Origin: Octopus sinensis
Taxonomy: Eukaryota
Length of the DNA: 64,000 nucleotides
Assembly (NCBI RefSeq): GCF_006345805.1
Contig: NW_021834234.1
Span: 9,572 to 73,571, forward strand
Reading direction: 5' to 3'
Part shown: in pieces, positions 47,331-59,060 of the stretch
Layout of the letters: each line of letters starts with the position of its first letter
How positions within the stretch are numbered: position 1 is the stretch's first letter
Position numbers and translations under genes: made by a program
The notes under the pieces: model-generated
The model's database searches: none
What the model was told of the DNA's origin: nothing
What the model saw: the letters and a program-made list of their open reading frames with translations, nothing else

Positions 47331-48356
47331 ATAGAATTTCTACATACACTTTTTCTATATATTGAAGCGACTACAGTCATGTCTGTTTGCCTTCTTTGGT
47401 CTTTGCTAAGTTGGATCAGAGGCCCTTTCACATTATGCAACAAACACAATAACAATTCAACATAAACAAGGAATAATATATAAACATATATGAAACACAA
47501 TAATCTAAGCAAAATGTAATTTTATTCAAAGACCGTGAAAGCATTTAAGGAAAGCAACCCATGTGGAGGGGGAAATCAACTTAGCTAAGTCAAACAAGAA
47601 AGTCGAACCAGAATATCCCAACAATATTGACTTTCTGCCACTCATTCAAATTGCTATATTCAAAGGTGCAACTGGACAACTTTACTATTATCCCAAGGAT
47701 GAAATATTCCACATCCTCTACAAAATTGCACATTAGTGGTTCATGGATAGCTCATGTGATTCTTTTGCTAGTGTTCTCTTGTATGGGTGTTGCACAAAAT
47801 CAGAGCAAAGTCCATCTCCTCTTCATTCAACTTGCGGATGCTTAATTTTGTCTTCTTTTGGTGCACATGATGGTTCCATCAGTTCTTCTTTTGTTTCACA
47901 AAGAACTGGGAACTTCGATTGAGTGAATCTGGGGTGTGAGGTCGGTGGTGGTGGTGGTGGTGGTGGTGGATTCCCCTTATAAGTTTCTCTTGTCTGTACT
48001 GTATCTCCCTGTCACTTCTCTTCTGGAAACTTGGGGCATCCAAAGGCACCCACAAGTATTTCTAAGGTATGTGACATGAGGTACCCCACATCATTTGGGT
48101 AATTAGTTTTAAGATGTCACAGTTAATTATTGTAGTCTTTACGGTTAAGCGTGACGTGAGGCTCTGCCCTGCTGCACTAGAATTACTGCTTTGGGTTCTG
48201 AACTCATCATGGGTCACAGCCCTAGAGTGGACTTGAGGTTTTCATGGGCCGTTAGAATTTATAAATCTATACTGACCCTTCCCGAGTAAGGAAAAAGTGT
48301 CACTAGTTTCTTCCTAAATAATATTCAATATGAGAAAAAAAAACAAAAGAATTTAC

Positions 48357-48420
48357 CTGATGATACATGTGAACCATCTGAACCATCTGCTGGCATTTGT
48401 TGGAAATATTCTTCAAATTT
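48357..48420 (-). CDS. PARP14-like: PARP14-like small exon (end of macro domain)
   Basis: aacag|KFEEYFQQMPADGSDGSHVSS-G|gtaaat; 64 nt, phase 0 to 1, bridges its neighbours exactly. Confidence 0.8.
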
Positions 48421-49519
48421 CTGTTAGAAGTAAGCAAATAATTCATTATCCAATGTAAAAATAATTAATTTCTGTTAATTACTATGCAATGTTTTAATTC
48501 ATTGTTTCTATCACAAATATTGTTTTAAATTAATATTTCCATTTATTGTATCATAGAATAACTTCCTCTGAGGAACAGGCTTTTGAATATTCTGTTGTTT
48601 GGGGAGGAATTTTTACTTACAGAATAAAAAGAAAAGAAATTTGCTTGTTTAAGTGACTGTAGAAAATTATTCATGGAATTGAATTTGGTATCAAGATTCC
48701 ATGTTATGCCCAAACACCAGCTTAATAATGACAAACCGATTTTACTTAATTCCTCATTATTTTCAAAACTGTTTAAAACAAAGGAAGAACATTTCTGTTG
48801 AAACAGACTGGCTTTGAGTAAATCCCAGTGAATTACTGGTATGTCAACAGTGCTTTACTGCAATGCTATATATACTGTCCTACAGAGTATATCTGCAGAT
48901 GTGTACCCAACACTGTGGGTATAGATAAAAGGAGAAAGAAGAAAAGGAACGGGTCCAGCCAAACGATCTTTTTCTGTCCCCAACACATATTGTATACAGA
49001 AAGTGTTTATATGACGCTCAGTTTATATGCACTCGTCTTGCTTACACCCATCTATGCATAGACAATATAGTTTATAGAGACATGATGTTTACATTACTAT
49101 AAAAATATATATATACCGATATTGTATATATATATATATATATATATATAGACAAGACATTTACATTAGTCTGTACACACAGATATTGTACATCCATTAC
49201 ATAGATATGGGTGTCTATGGTTCTGTATGTGTGGTTAGCCCTGAAACGATGTAATCTCAAGGAAAAATGAATTTGATATTCAAAATCTGCATCTCAATGA
49301 AGGGTCATCCATAAATAATAATATAAAAATATAATTTTCAATGAGAACTTAACTACAAATTTCTTTCTCTCTATTTGTTACCATGAATCTCTCTCTCTTA
49401 TTTTTCTCTCTGCCTCTCTTTCTCTCTCTCTCTCTCTCTCCCTATATATATATATATACACACACCACACACACACACATGTATTATCTCTCACGCATTG
49501 CTTTCATACTGTTTAAAAC

Positions 49520-50676
49520 AATGCCTTCTAAAGTTTACTTCCGTTGTATCACAGCTTCTATGCACAAACCCTGTTTTTTCATTGCTCTTCTGACCTCGTC
49601 TCTAGAATTCATATTTTTTACATCCAAATCATCTTTGAAGACTGCAGAATAAATGATAATCAGATGGAACAGTGTCTGACGAATATGGTGGGTGGGGCAT
49701 CGTTTCCCATTCAAACTGCTCCAGCCTTTGGAATGTCATTCTTGCTGTATGTGGCCAAACATTATCCTGATGGAAGAACACCTTTCGTCTTGAAACCAAA
49801 GATGGTCGTTGTTCTTCTAGTGCTGACTTAAACTGCTCAAGCTTCTCACTGTAGATCTCCTTCATTATCGTTTGGTTTGGCTTTAAAAGTTCAAAGTGGA
49901 CTAAACCTTTCATATCTCACAAAACTGATAACAGCACCTTATATGGGTGAAGACCTTTTTCTCCTGGGGTGTCGGTCTTTCTCCTTTTCCTACCCACTGT
50001 CTTCAGTACTTGACATTTTTATAGAGAACCCATTTCTTGTCACCAGTCGCTATTCAGTCCAAAAAAGATTCATTCATGAGATGTGACAGCAAAGAAGAGC
50101 ACACCTTCACTCTCAGTGCATGATTAGACTCAGAAAGTTTGTGAGGAAATCATTGACACAATTTGCTGTTTGCTGAGTTGTCTGATGGCATGCAGGTGTC
50201 GATGAATGGTTGAATGACCAAATCCAAGCTTCTCTGTTAGTTCCTTAACAGTTATGATGGGATTTTGTTCCACCAGGCTTTGCAGGACATCCTCATAGAG
50301 CTCTACAGATCTTCCAGAATGAGGGTCGTCTTCTAGGCTGTAGTTTCCGACTGAGAATTTGTGGAACCACCATTGACACTGGTTTACACTTATTGTCCGA
50401 TCCCCATTTACTGCATTAATATTCCTCGCACATTCCATTGCGTTGCTTCCTTTATTGAACTCATTAAGCAAAATATGCCAAATATGATCCTTTGTAACTT
50501 CCATTGTAGCTTTGAAAAAATAACTGTTAAAATTGAACTGCACTCTTCAACACTTGCATTAAGAATAATTAAAAGGTAAAATTACTACCTGCTTTTATAG
50601 CAAGTTGATGCTGGTAGTTTATCCCATCCCCCTCCGACTTTCAGTTCATGCAATGGAAAAAATCACATTATTTATG
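49520..50676 (-). mobile_element. Mariner (Mos1/SETMAR-like, DD34D) transposon, decayed
   Basis: HTH: HILLNEFNKG..WFHKF..SLEDDPHSGR; catalytic: FHQDN..H..PHPPYSSDTVPSDYHLF. Confidence 0.9.
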
Positions 50677-50682
50677 GAAAAG

Positions 50683-53098
50683 AAATGTGTCCGCATGTAT
50701 GATGGCTCACTTGCATTTAATGAGGCTGCAAAGAGAGAGACTTGGAGACACCACTATGAAAGGTTGCCAAATGAAGAGAATGAATGGGAGAAAGAGAGCC
50801 TGCCAAATGTCGACCCAACAGAGGGACTAGCTATCTAAATCTACAGTACCTTGGTAGATAAAGCAATTAAGGGTATGAAGACAGGGTAAGCCCCAGTCCA
50901 TCAGAAATCACTGCAGAGGTGCTTAAAATATCTGGTGGTGTAGGCTATAGTCTAGTCCAGTGGTTCCCAAATTATGAGTTGCGACCCACCTGTGGGTCAC
51001 GAACAGAATCTTAGTGGGTCGCAAAAAGTTATAAAATTACGCATTAGCTTTGACTAATTGCTGTCTATCGAGATACTCAGTAGAGTTAAGTGAGTCGTCA
51101 TAAACTGGTGTGATAAATAGTGGGTCGCGACTCTAAAAAGTTTGGGAACCACTGGTCTAGTCACTTGTGTAGTCAATGAGGTGATACATGAAGGAGTCAT
51201 ACCCAATGACTGGTGTAGCAGCACCATAGTTCACTGCTACAAAGGTAAAGGTGATGCTTTAGTTACGAATAAATACAGAGGTATCAAGTTGTTGGATTAG
51301 GTAATGAAAGTCACAGGGAGGGTCATACCCCAACTAATTAGGGAGAGAGTCAGTCTAGATGAGATGCAGTTTGGGTTTGTGCCAGGGAAAAGCACCACTG
51401 ATGCTATATTTCTGGTAAAACAGCTGCAGGAGAAATACCTAGCCAAAGATAAGCCCCTGTACCTGACTTTTGCTGACATGAAGAAAGCCTTCGACAGGGT
51501 CCCCTGATCACTTATCTGGTGGTCAATGCGGAAACTTGGGATAGATGAGTGGTTAGTGAAAGCTGTACAAGCCATGCTTAGGGATGCCGTAAGTAAGGTG
51601 AGGGTTGGTAACAAGTATAGTGAAGAATTCTGAGTAGGGTTAGGGGTCCACCAAGGATCAGTCCTTAGCCCCCCCCTATTCATCATAGTCTTCCAGGTTA
51701 TAACAGAGGAATTCAAAACAGGATGCCCCTGGGAGCTCCTCTATGCTGATGACTTTGCTCTAATAGCTGAGCTCCTATCAGAACTAGAGAAGTTTCAGGT
51801 GTGAAGCGAGGTCTAGAATAGAAGGGCCTTAGAGAGAATTTAGCAAAAACCAAGGTCTTAATAAGTAGGAAGGCAGACAAATCACAAATCCATTCAGGTA
51901 GATGTCCTGCTTGATCTGTAGAAAAGGCATCGGTAGAAATTCCATAAGATGTACCCAGTGCAAGCTATGGACACACAAGAGGTGCAGCAATATCAAAGAA
52001 GCTTAACTGGGAAGATAGTTTTTGTGTGTGCCAAATGCAGTGGGGCGATAAACACAGGAAATGTGCAGAAAACAGCTTCCATCACATGCCAGGTGGAAGA
52101 ACTAGAAGTAGTTCATAGCTTCTGTTTCCTAGGTAACCAAGTCATCATTGGGGGTGGATGCATTGAGAGCAGAACTGCTAGAATGAGAATACCCTGGGCA
52201 AAGTGAAGAGAGCTCCTACCTCTGCTGTTAACAAAGAGCCTCTTGCTCCAAGTGAAAGGTAGACTGTATGACGCGTGTGTGAGAACAGCCATGCTACACG
52301 GCAGTGAAACATGGGCTGTGACAGTTGAGGACATGCATAAGGCTGCAAGGAATGAAGCCAGTATGCTCCACTGGATGTGTAATGTCAGTGTGGATACACA
52401 ACAGAGTTTAAGAACCCTGAGAGAAAAGTTAGACATAAGAATCATCAGATGTGGTGTGCAAGAGAGATGACTGCGCTCGTATGATCATGTGTTGCGAATG
52501 GATGAGGACAGCTGTGCGAAAAAGTGTCACACCCTAACAATGGAGGGAACCTGTGGAAGAGGTAAACCCAGGAAGACCAGGAATGAGGTGGTGAAGAACG
52601 ACCGTGAAATTTTGGAACTCACGGAGGTGATGACAAGCAACCAAGACCTTTGGAGATATGCTATACTTGAGAAGACCTGGCAAGCCAAGTGAGACCATAA
52701 CCATGGCCTATGCCAGTGTAACATAACCAGCCCACTTAAGAGTACTCATCAATCATTGGGTGATAAACTGCACTTGCGAAGACCTGTTGAGTCAAGTGAA
52801 GTCATTGTGGTGGACGATGCCAGTACTGCACTGCATCTGCCGTACGGCATCTGTGTCGGTGAGCACGTACGTAAAAAGCACCATTTGAGGATTGTTGTTG
52901 CCAGTGCCACATGACTGGCCCCCATGCCAGTGGTACATAAAAAGCACCCACTACACTCTCGGAGTGGCTGGCATTAGGAAAGACATCCAGCTATAGAAAC
53001 CTTGCCAGATCAGGTTGGAGCCTGGTGCAGCCTTCTGGTTTGACAGTCCTCGGTGGAACCGTCCAACCCATGCCAGCATGGAAAGCAGACATTAAACA

Positions 53099-53129
<31 letters not shown>
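50683..53129 (+). mobile_element. RTE LINE (PHD family), long decayed copy with RT, 3' UTR and (GAT)n tail
   Basis: QFGFVPGKSTTDAIF, DMKKAFDRVP, GVHQGSVLSP, LLYADD, PHD remnant, LHGSETW. Confidence 0.92.
50958..51154. mobile_element. hAT (Charlie-like) MITE, 197 bp
   Basis: Perfect 14-bp TIR CAGTGGTTCCCAAA; 8-bp TSD GTCTAGTC (50950-50957 / 51155-51162). Confidence 0.93.
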
Positions 53130-53130
<1 letters not shown>

Positions 53131-53925
53131 ATTCCACCCATCCCTGCTAGATGTAGGGTTTGCTGACCCCTGCTACTTTGTCGAACTCTTGACCGTATCA
53201 GATTTTATATTTTGGAGATTTCCCCACTCCGACAGGAGGTTGAGTTCCACTCAGTTACATTGATGTTATTGGAAAAGACACAGAACAAGAAACACAGTGA
53301 AAGGGGGGGAGGCAGACAGAGATTATTGGTGTGGCATTGTTTAAATGTGTCATGATTGTGGCAGCTTGGAGGAGGAAAAGAGTGAAAGGAAGACAGACAT
53401 CACTGTCTTCAAATCTGCTGAGTCAGAACTGACTCAGGGTTAAATAAGAACAATAAAATCAGCAGCCAAACTACAAAGAAGTCCTTCAGTGTTACCAATT
53501 CTTGTAGAGTTGGTTTTCGATACAACAACAACAACAAACAAAACATTCTTAGCGTCAAATGTTACAATGGAATATTTCAGAAGCAAGAATTTGGTGATGG
53601 GAAATGGTATAATGAAAGGATAAAGCACAACAAAATATAATGAACAGCATTAAAGGTAGCATGAAGAAAGGTACCCAGGACATGCTGTGAAGTGGTTGGC
53701 ATTAGGAATGGCATCCAGCCATAGAAACCATGCCAAAGCAGACACTGGGGTTCAATAAACCCTTGTGGCTCATTGGAGCCAGTCAAAATGTTGCACCCAT
53801 TACAAAATGGAACAAGGGCTGTAAATGAGGATCATTTCTATTTCTTTTCTTTATTGTGGAATATCACTTTGGTAAATTCCAAGAAAATCAACATCAAACA
53901 ACTAACAACAAAAACATCAACCAAC

Positions 53926-54153
53926 CTTCAGAATTTCTGTGTCTTGAGGATAAACCACAAAGTAAACATCTTTGATCCGGTTTGAATTTTGATTTGAGTA
54001 GCTTTTCACTGCTTCATACATAGTTTTGGGTAGGTTTACAATGGGGTACTTCAATATCCCAGCACCTAATATAGGAAATGCAAGGCTTTTTGCACCCAAT
54101 TTCTCAGCTTTTTCCAGACAAATGGTTATTATTTGAGTCAAGTTTGCCAGAAT
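53926..54153 (-). CDS. PARP14-like: PARP14-like exon, macro domain C-terminal half
   Basis: ttttag|ILANLTQIITICLEKAEKLGAKSLAFPILGAGILKYP...IKDVYFVVYPQDTEILK|gttggt; 228 nt. Confidence 0.92.
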
Positions 54154-54733
54154 CTAAAAGAAAATAAGTGTCTAGTAAATGGTAATAGACATTTTATTAA
54201 ATTATTTTCTTATTACAGGAAGAAATCATTAAGTTGTAATAAATATATTCTCCCCTCACAACTGTAATTCCTATCACTCTTTAGTCCTGCAAGGGACAAG
54301 GCAACCTCACTCATGTTGCTGCTACAATAAAACAGACCCAATCCACCGTGTAAAATGGTTGTTGAATGAAGAGAGAGAATGCAGACCCAAGAGGAGTCTT
54401 TAGTGTTGTTGAGGACATGACAACCTCTCTAGTGCTCGTGCCATGACAGAGAAAAACTCACCAATACAGAGAGTAAAACAGAGAAATATGTTTTAATATA
54501 GTCTTATTTATCAGTCACATAACTGTTGTTAGGCCATGAGGCTTTTTTCCTTCTATTTATATATAAAAGTGTCCTGTTCATCGATATCTTCTGCTTCCTT
54601 CCAATGATAACTTGGAAGAACAAATATTAAACAGGATGCTGTCATTTGCTTTGTGATTCTCACACAACATGCATAAGGTTCTCTTCAAACATTAACTGTT
54701 TCAATAAATCAATATCATATGATTGATACTTAC

Positions 54734-54961
54734 TGAATGAGAAGAATTTTCATCCCAGTCAGGTAATGCCAGATGAAATACATTGTCACATTTGAGGTTG
54801 TATCCTTTAGTGATGGCTATTTCAGATGTAGAAATACCTTGAGGATATTTCTGGTTACATTCACTTTGTATCTGGGCACCAGCAACATTGAGAATAGATT
54901 TGGAGATAGACCCTTTGTGAAGCTGGAGCTGTTTATTGGTGCTGTTAACGATGACATCAAC
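54734..54961 (-). CDS. PARP14-like: PARP14-like exon, macro domain N-terminal half; not in the ORF track
   Basis: ttttttag|VDVIVNSTNKQLQLHKGSISKSILNVAGAQIQSEC...ITKGYNLKCDNVFHLALPDW..|gtaagt; 228 nt. Confidence 0.93.
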
Positions 54962-55242
54962 CTAAAAAAGTAATTTATGTTAAACAGCTAAGGAACATTC
55001 CGTGGAGAGAAGAGAGATACATTGTTGCAGTTGATATTGTTGTTAAGAAAGGCTCTACAGAATGGCTGTAGTAAGTTTGAGGTTGTTAAAGTTAGCAAAA
55101 GATGTACTCAAGATATCAGATGTGAAGGAAATAAAATGTTTGAGTTTGACTGAGAAAATGTTTTAATTAACTTTAATGATTCCTCATTTGGAAATGAAAT
55201 AACAATTAAATATAAATAAGTTACATGAATCAATTTACTCAC

Positions 55243-55379
55243 AGATGCATTAGAAATTGAATCAGTCTTTAGTTTTATTTTAATGCCAGCATTTTCTCTG
55301 GATGTCACATTAGTTCTGGGTGTCATAGAGGATGATTCCTGTTGTGAGCCAGGAAGGGATGCATTTGACGATACGGTGT
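55243..55379 (-). CDS. PARP14-like: PARP14-like exon (linker and first macro strands)
   Basis: ttttcag|xTVSSNASLPGSQQE...GIKIKLKTDSISNAS|gtgagt; 137 nt, phase 1 to 0. Confidence 0.85.
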
Positions 55380-55481
55380 CTGAAAATAAACAAATATCAG
55401 TGTGTGTATAGATACACACACACACATACACACACATATGCATACCAACATCATTATTACCCCCCATCATGATATAACGTC

Positions 55482-56183
55482 CACCACTCCCAAACAGTTG
55501 AAGGAATCTGGAGTAGAGGTAGACCCAGGAAGACATGGGATGAGGTAGTCAAGTATGACCTTCGAGCGCTGGGCCTCACAGAGGCAATGACGAAGGACCG
55601 AGATCTCTGGAGATACGCTGTGACTGCAAAGACCCGGGCTGCTTCCTGCACCAGTTTCGTATAGCCCCAGCCCATCCAAAGTACCTTGGATTGCAGAACA
55701 TCCTGCTGTGCTTACCTTTGCTCATAGAGTGACCTGCTGTGCTTGAGGAGACCTATTGAGTCAAGTACATCAATATCAATATCAAAACAAATATCAAATG
55801 GAAATTGTAGTTACAACACCGGTGCCGGCGGCACGTAAAAATCACCATCCGAACGTGGCCGATGCCAGCACTGCCTTGACTGGCTTCTGTGCCGGTGGCA
55901 CATGACCTGCTGTGCTTGAGGAAACTTATTGAGTCCAGTACATCAACATCAAAATAAATATCAAATGGAAATTGTAGTTGTGGTCCCTCTACAGGTGGCA
56001 CGTAAAAAGCACCCACTACACTCTCAGAGTGGTTGGCATTAGGAAGGGCATCCAGCTGTAGAAACACTGCCAGATCAGATTGGAGCCTGGTGCAGCCTCC
56101 TGGCTTCTCAGATCCCGGTCAAATTGTCCAACCCATGCCAGCATGGAAAACGGACGTTAAACGATGATGATGATGATGATGAT
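55482..56183 (+). mobile_element. RTE LINE 3' end with UTR and (GAT)n tail
   Basis: [23 protein letters not shown].., then the family UTR. Confidence 0.85.
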
Positions 56184-57594
56184 TCCCTCCAGGCCCAAGT
56201 GGAACAAAATGATATATAAAGACACATCCGTCATAGCAAAAGTCATGCCCCAAAACTGTTATATATATTCCTGTCCATGCTGGGCCCTACACCTACATCT
56301 GTCCCTATGAAGCATCCCCTTAACCACATCTCATCTTCCTAACACCCATCCCTCCATTACTCTTCTAACTACGGTCCTACTTTGCTGCTGTAACCATTTG
56401 ACAGCAGAATCTTCACATATTCATCACCACCACCACCACCCTTTCGTTAATACCAGTCGCCTCACTTGCATCATCATCTCCATCCATACAACCTTCCATC
56501 GATCATCCCTTTCTGTCCCTTCCCTAATCTTTCCCACCCACCCCTCTTAGCTACACCTTACTCTGCCAGGCTTCATGGTTAACACTTCTCCTATCTGCAA
56601 TCATTCTCAACACCCTCTCACAGTCATTGCTAATACTCCCTCCAATTTTCTGGCCCCACTCACTACAGCCACCCCCATGTATCTCTGACTCCCATCTCTT
56701 TCACACTTCATCATCTTTGCTTTCCCTCTGCTGTCAGATCCTGGTCATCATCTCTCTACCTCCTCATCCATCAACAGATTGATGGTTCTGCTGCTCTCCA
56801 CCCTTCCTATGCTGCTTCTTGTCACCTCCTCCTAACCGAGCCCCGTCAGTCTATCAACTCCACCTGAAACCATTGTTCCTCACTCCATACATCCACCTCT
56901 AGCCCCATCTCTAACCTCTTCCCTTCTCATCTCACACTCTGATGCCATTACCCTCCCATTCCTTCTTTCCTCATCCACAGTCTCCCTTATACTCCCCTTC
57001 TTGTAACTTGGGACTATGCTCTGGCACCCAATTACCACCATCTTTCTCCCTTCCAGATACTGTCATGCACCCTTGCATAAATATAAGGACGCCATGAGCC
57101 TCGTCTATATCCAGACAACTGTGCTTGACCCTCTGTCAAACTTTAGGCTTTCTACCCCAGGCATCAAGCCAACTCCCTCCCCACCAGTTCCATCGGGGAG
57201 TTTTTATCCTTTTCGATTCTTTGCTTTGTCTTGCAAGTTACTTGGTGACCTCACCAGTGCTGGTGCCATGAGAAAAGCAGCTTCCAGTCCTCACTGTAAA
57301 ATGGTTGGCATTATGAAGGGCAGCCAGCCATCCACACTCAGCCAGCTAGTCACACTCAGCCAGCCAGCCGCACTCAGCCAGCCAGCTGAGTGTGGAACCT
57401 AACACAGATCTAGAGATCACCAGATCTTGTTAAACTGTGTAACCCATGCCAGATCAAAGATGGACATTAAATAATGATGATGATGCTATAGAAATAAGTG
57501 TAAGATGCCATCGACTAGGAAAACAGGCATTCGTACATTTGTTTATAGAGTAGGTAATTTACCACCAAAACTATACAGTATTATAAATCCATTT

Positions 57595-57660
57595 CAGCCA
57601 TTCTTACAAATCAGTTTTGCACAGGATAACATCTAACACTGTGCTCATCAGAGTGGCCAG
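57595..57660 (-). ncRNA. Type I hammerhead motif with G12A
   Basis: GGCCACT-CTGATGA-GCACAG(14 nt)CTGTGC-AAAAC-TGATTT-GTA-AGAATGGCT: perfect 6-bp stem II, bulged stem I. Confidence 0.65.
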
Positions 57661-57699
57661 TATGGAAGTAGGGCAATGGGTTTCTGACAGCAAGTGCCA

Positions 57700-58080
57700 C
57701 ATCTCTAATTGCAAAAGACAATTAGAGAGGAGGATTCCATCATTGGTTATGCCACTTGTCCAAAATCTCTGAGTGAGGAGTAACTGCCAGCAAAGTGGAA
57801 TTTGGGTTTTAATTAAGCATCTGGGTGGTGAGAGTTCTTAAATATAAGTTCTCTTTTTGGCAAGGCACAGACTTCACCTTCTGCTACCATTGAAGTAAAG
57901 ATTACTTTCCTTTGGCAATCATAACATGCGTAGCCATGTAGGTGGCATTTTTCTCTCATAGACCTTAAAGGAGGTCTTGGGATTGTTATATATGGTTCTG
58001 AATGGACCTTTTAGTCATGTTCACATATTTCCACATGTTCTTCTATTTGCTGAAGTAACATTCAAATGATACTGAACGGA
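57700..58080 (-). mobile_element. Highly decayed Penelope GIY-YIG remnant
   Basis: Minus strand GPFRTIYNNPKTSF resembles the FKxRYNNHxxSF segment of PLE endonucleases; the hammerhead follows on the same strand. Confidence 0.45.
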
Positions 58081-58379
58081 AATAAATACAAGTTTTCACT
58101 GTATAATCTGCTCAATATTAATACAAAGACAGTTCATAATTACTGGGAAAATATTTAAACAGAAAAAAAAAATGAAAATGTTTTCTCACAAAACTGACTG
58201 ATACAGGTTTGAGAAGCACTTTAGGTTGTTCTAAGCAGAAAAAGAAAAGTGAGAACATCTGTGTAGTATCAGAGGTCATTCTGTTTAAAAATGCAGTTTT
58301 AATAATGCCCAACAGGGTTTCTGAAAACCATTTGACCAGACTATTTGGTGGGAAGATTCCATTGCCCTTGGTTATAAGA

Positions 58380-58743
58380 GAGATAAATGCTATCAGATCA
58401 TTGATGTAGCCATACCAAATGACATGAATGTTGTGAGTAATGTGGTTGGAAATATCCCCAAGTACTCCGAACTGAAAGTGGAAATGGCAAGAGTGTATGG
58501 AATGCGAGAGGGTAACGTGAAAGTGATACCAGTGGTGATCAGAATGCTGGGTTCAATCCCATTGAAACTTCAAAACTTCTTAAGGCAACTGGAAATCCCT
58601 TGCAAGATTGATGTCTTACAAAAAGCAGCCTATCTGGGCACAGCGCACATCTTAAGGAAAGTATTATCCGTCTGAGGTCCTTGTTGTGACTTGACAGATG
58701 ACTAAAGACTCCAGTGCATTTTTACCTACACTGTATTACGAAG

Positions 58744-58779
<36 letters not shown>

Positions 58780-58780
58780 T
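58380..58780 (+). mobile_element. R4/Dong-like LINE 3' end with (TAA)n tail
   Basis: IIDVAIP..KYSELKVE..VIPVVI..LG..LQKAAYLGTAHILRKVL*. Confidence 0.82.
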
Positions 58781-58814
58781 ATAATATCAGTTTTACAGTT
58801 GCATGGTACCTTAC

Positions 58815-58862
58815 ATTTGTTCTTTCCAAAAGGCCAGAAATTTCTCCAAAATCCGTGCGAAC
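58815..58862 (-). CDS. Tentative 48-nt PARP exon (phase 1 to 1)
   Basis: Polypyrimidine tract tcttttcttttatacaag|xSHGFWRNFWPFGKNK-T|gtaag; phase fits the exon at 55379; no homology support. Confidence 0.4.
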
Positions 58863-58916
58863 CTTGTATAAAAGAAAAGAAAAATAGAACATAATAATGA
58901 TGATGATGATGTTGAT

Positions 58917-59005
58917 GATTTCATTTATTTTCCCACAAGGGCAAAAGTTGAGGGAGACAATACAAAGACAGACATAAAGTGTGGGGGGTTTACATGTAAT
59001 AATGA

Positions 59006-59060
<55 letters not shown>

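Noticed and set aside
49629-50543. SETMAR-like domesticated gene
   Set aside because: No SET domain; the transposase is fragmented by stops and frameshifts
56190-57200. Strongly C/T-skewed 1-kb tract
   Set aside because: No recognisable ORF or periodicity; probably decayed repeat and cannot be assigned
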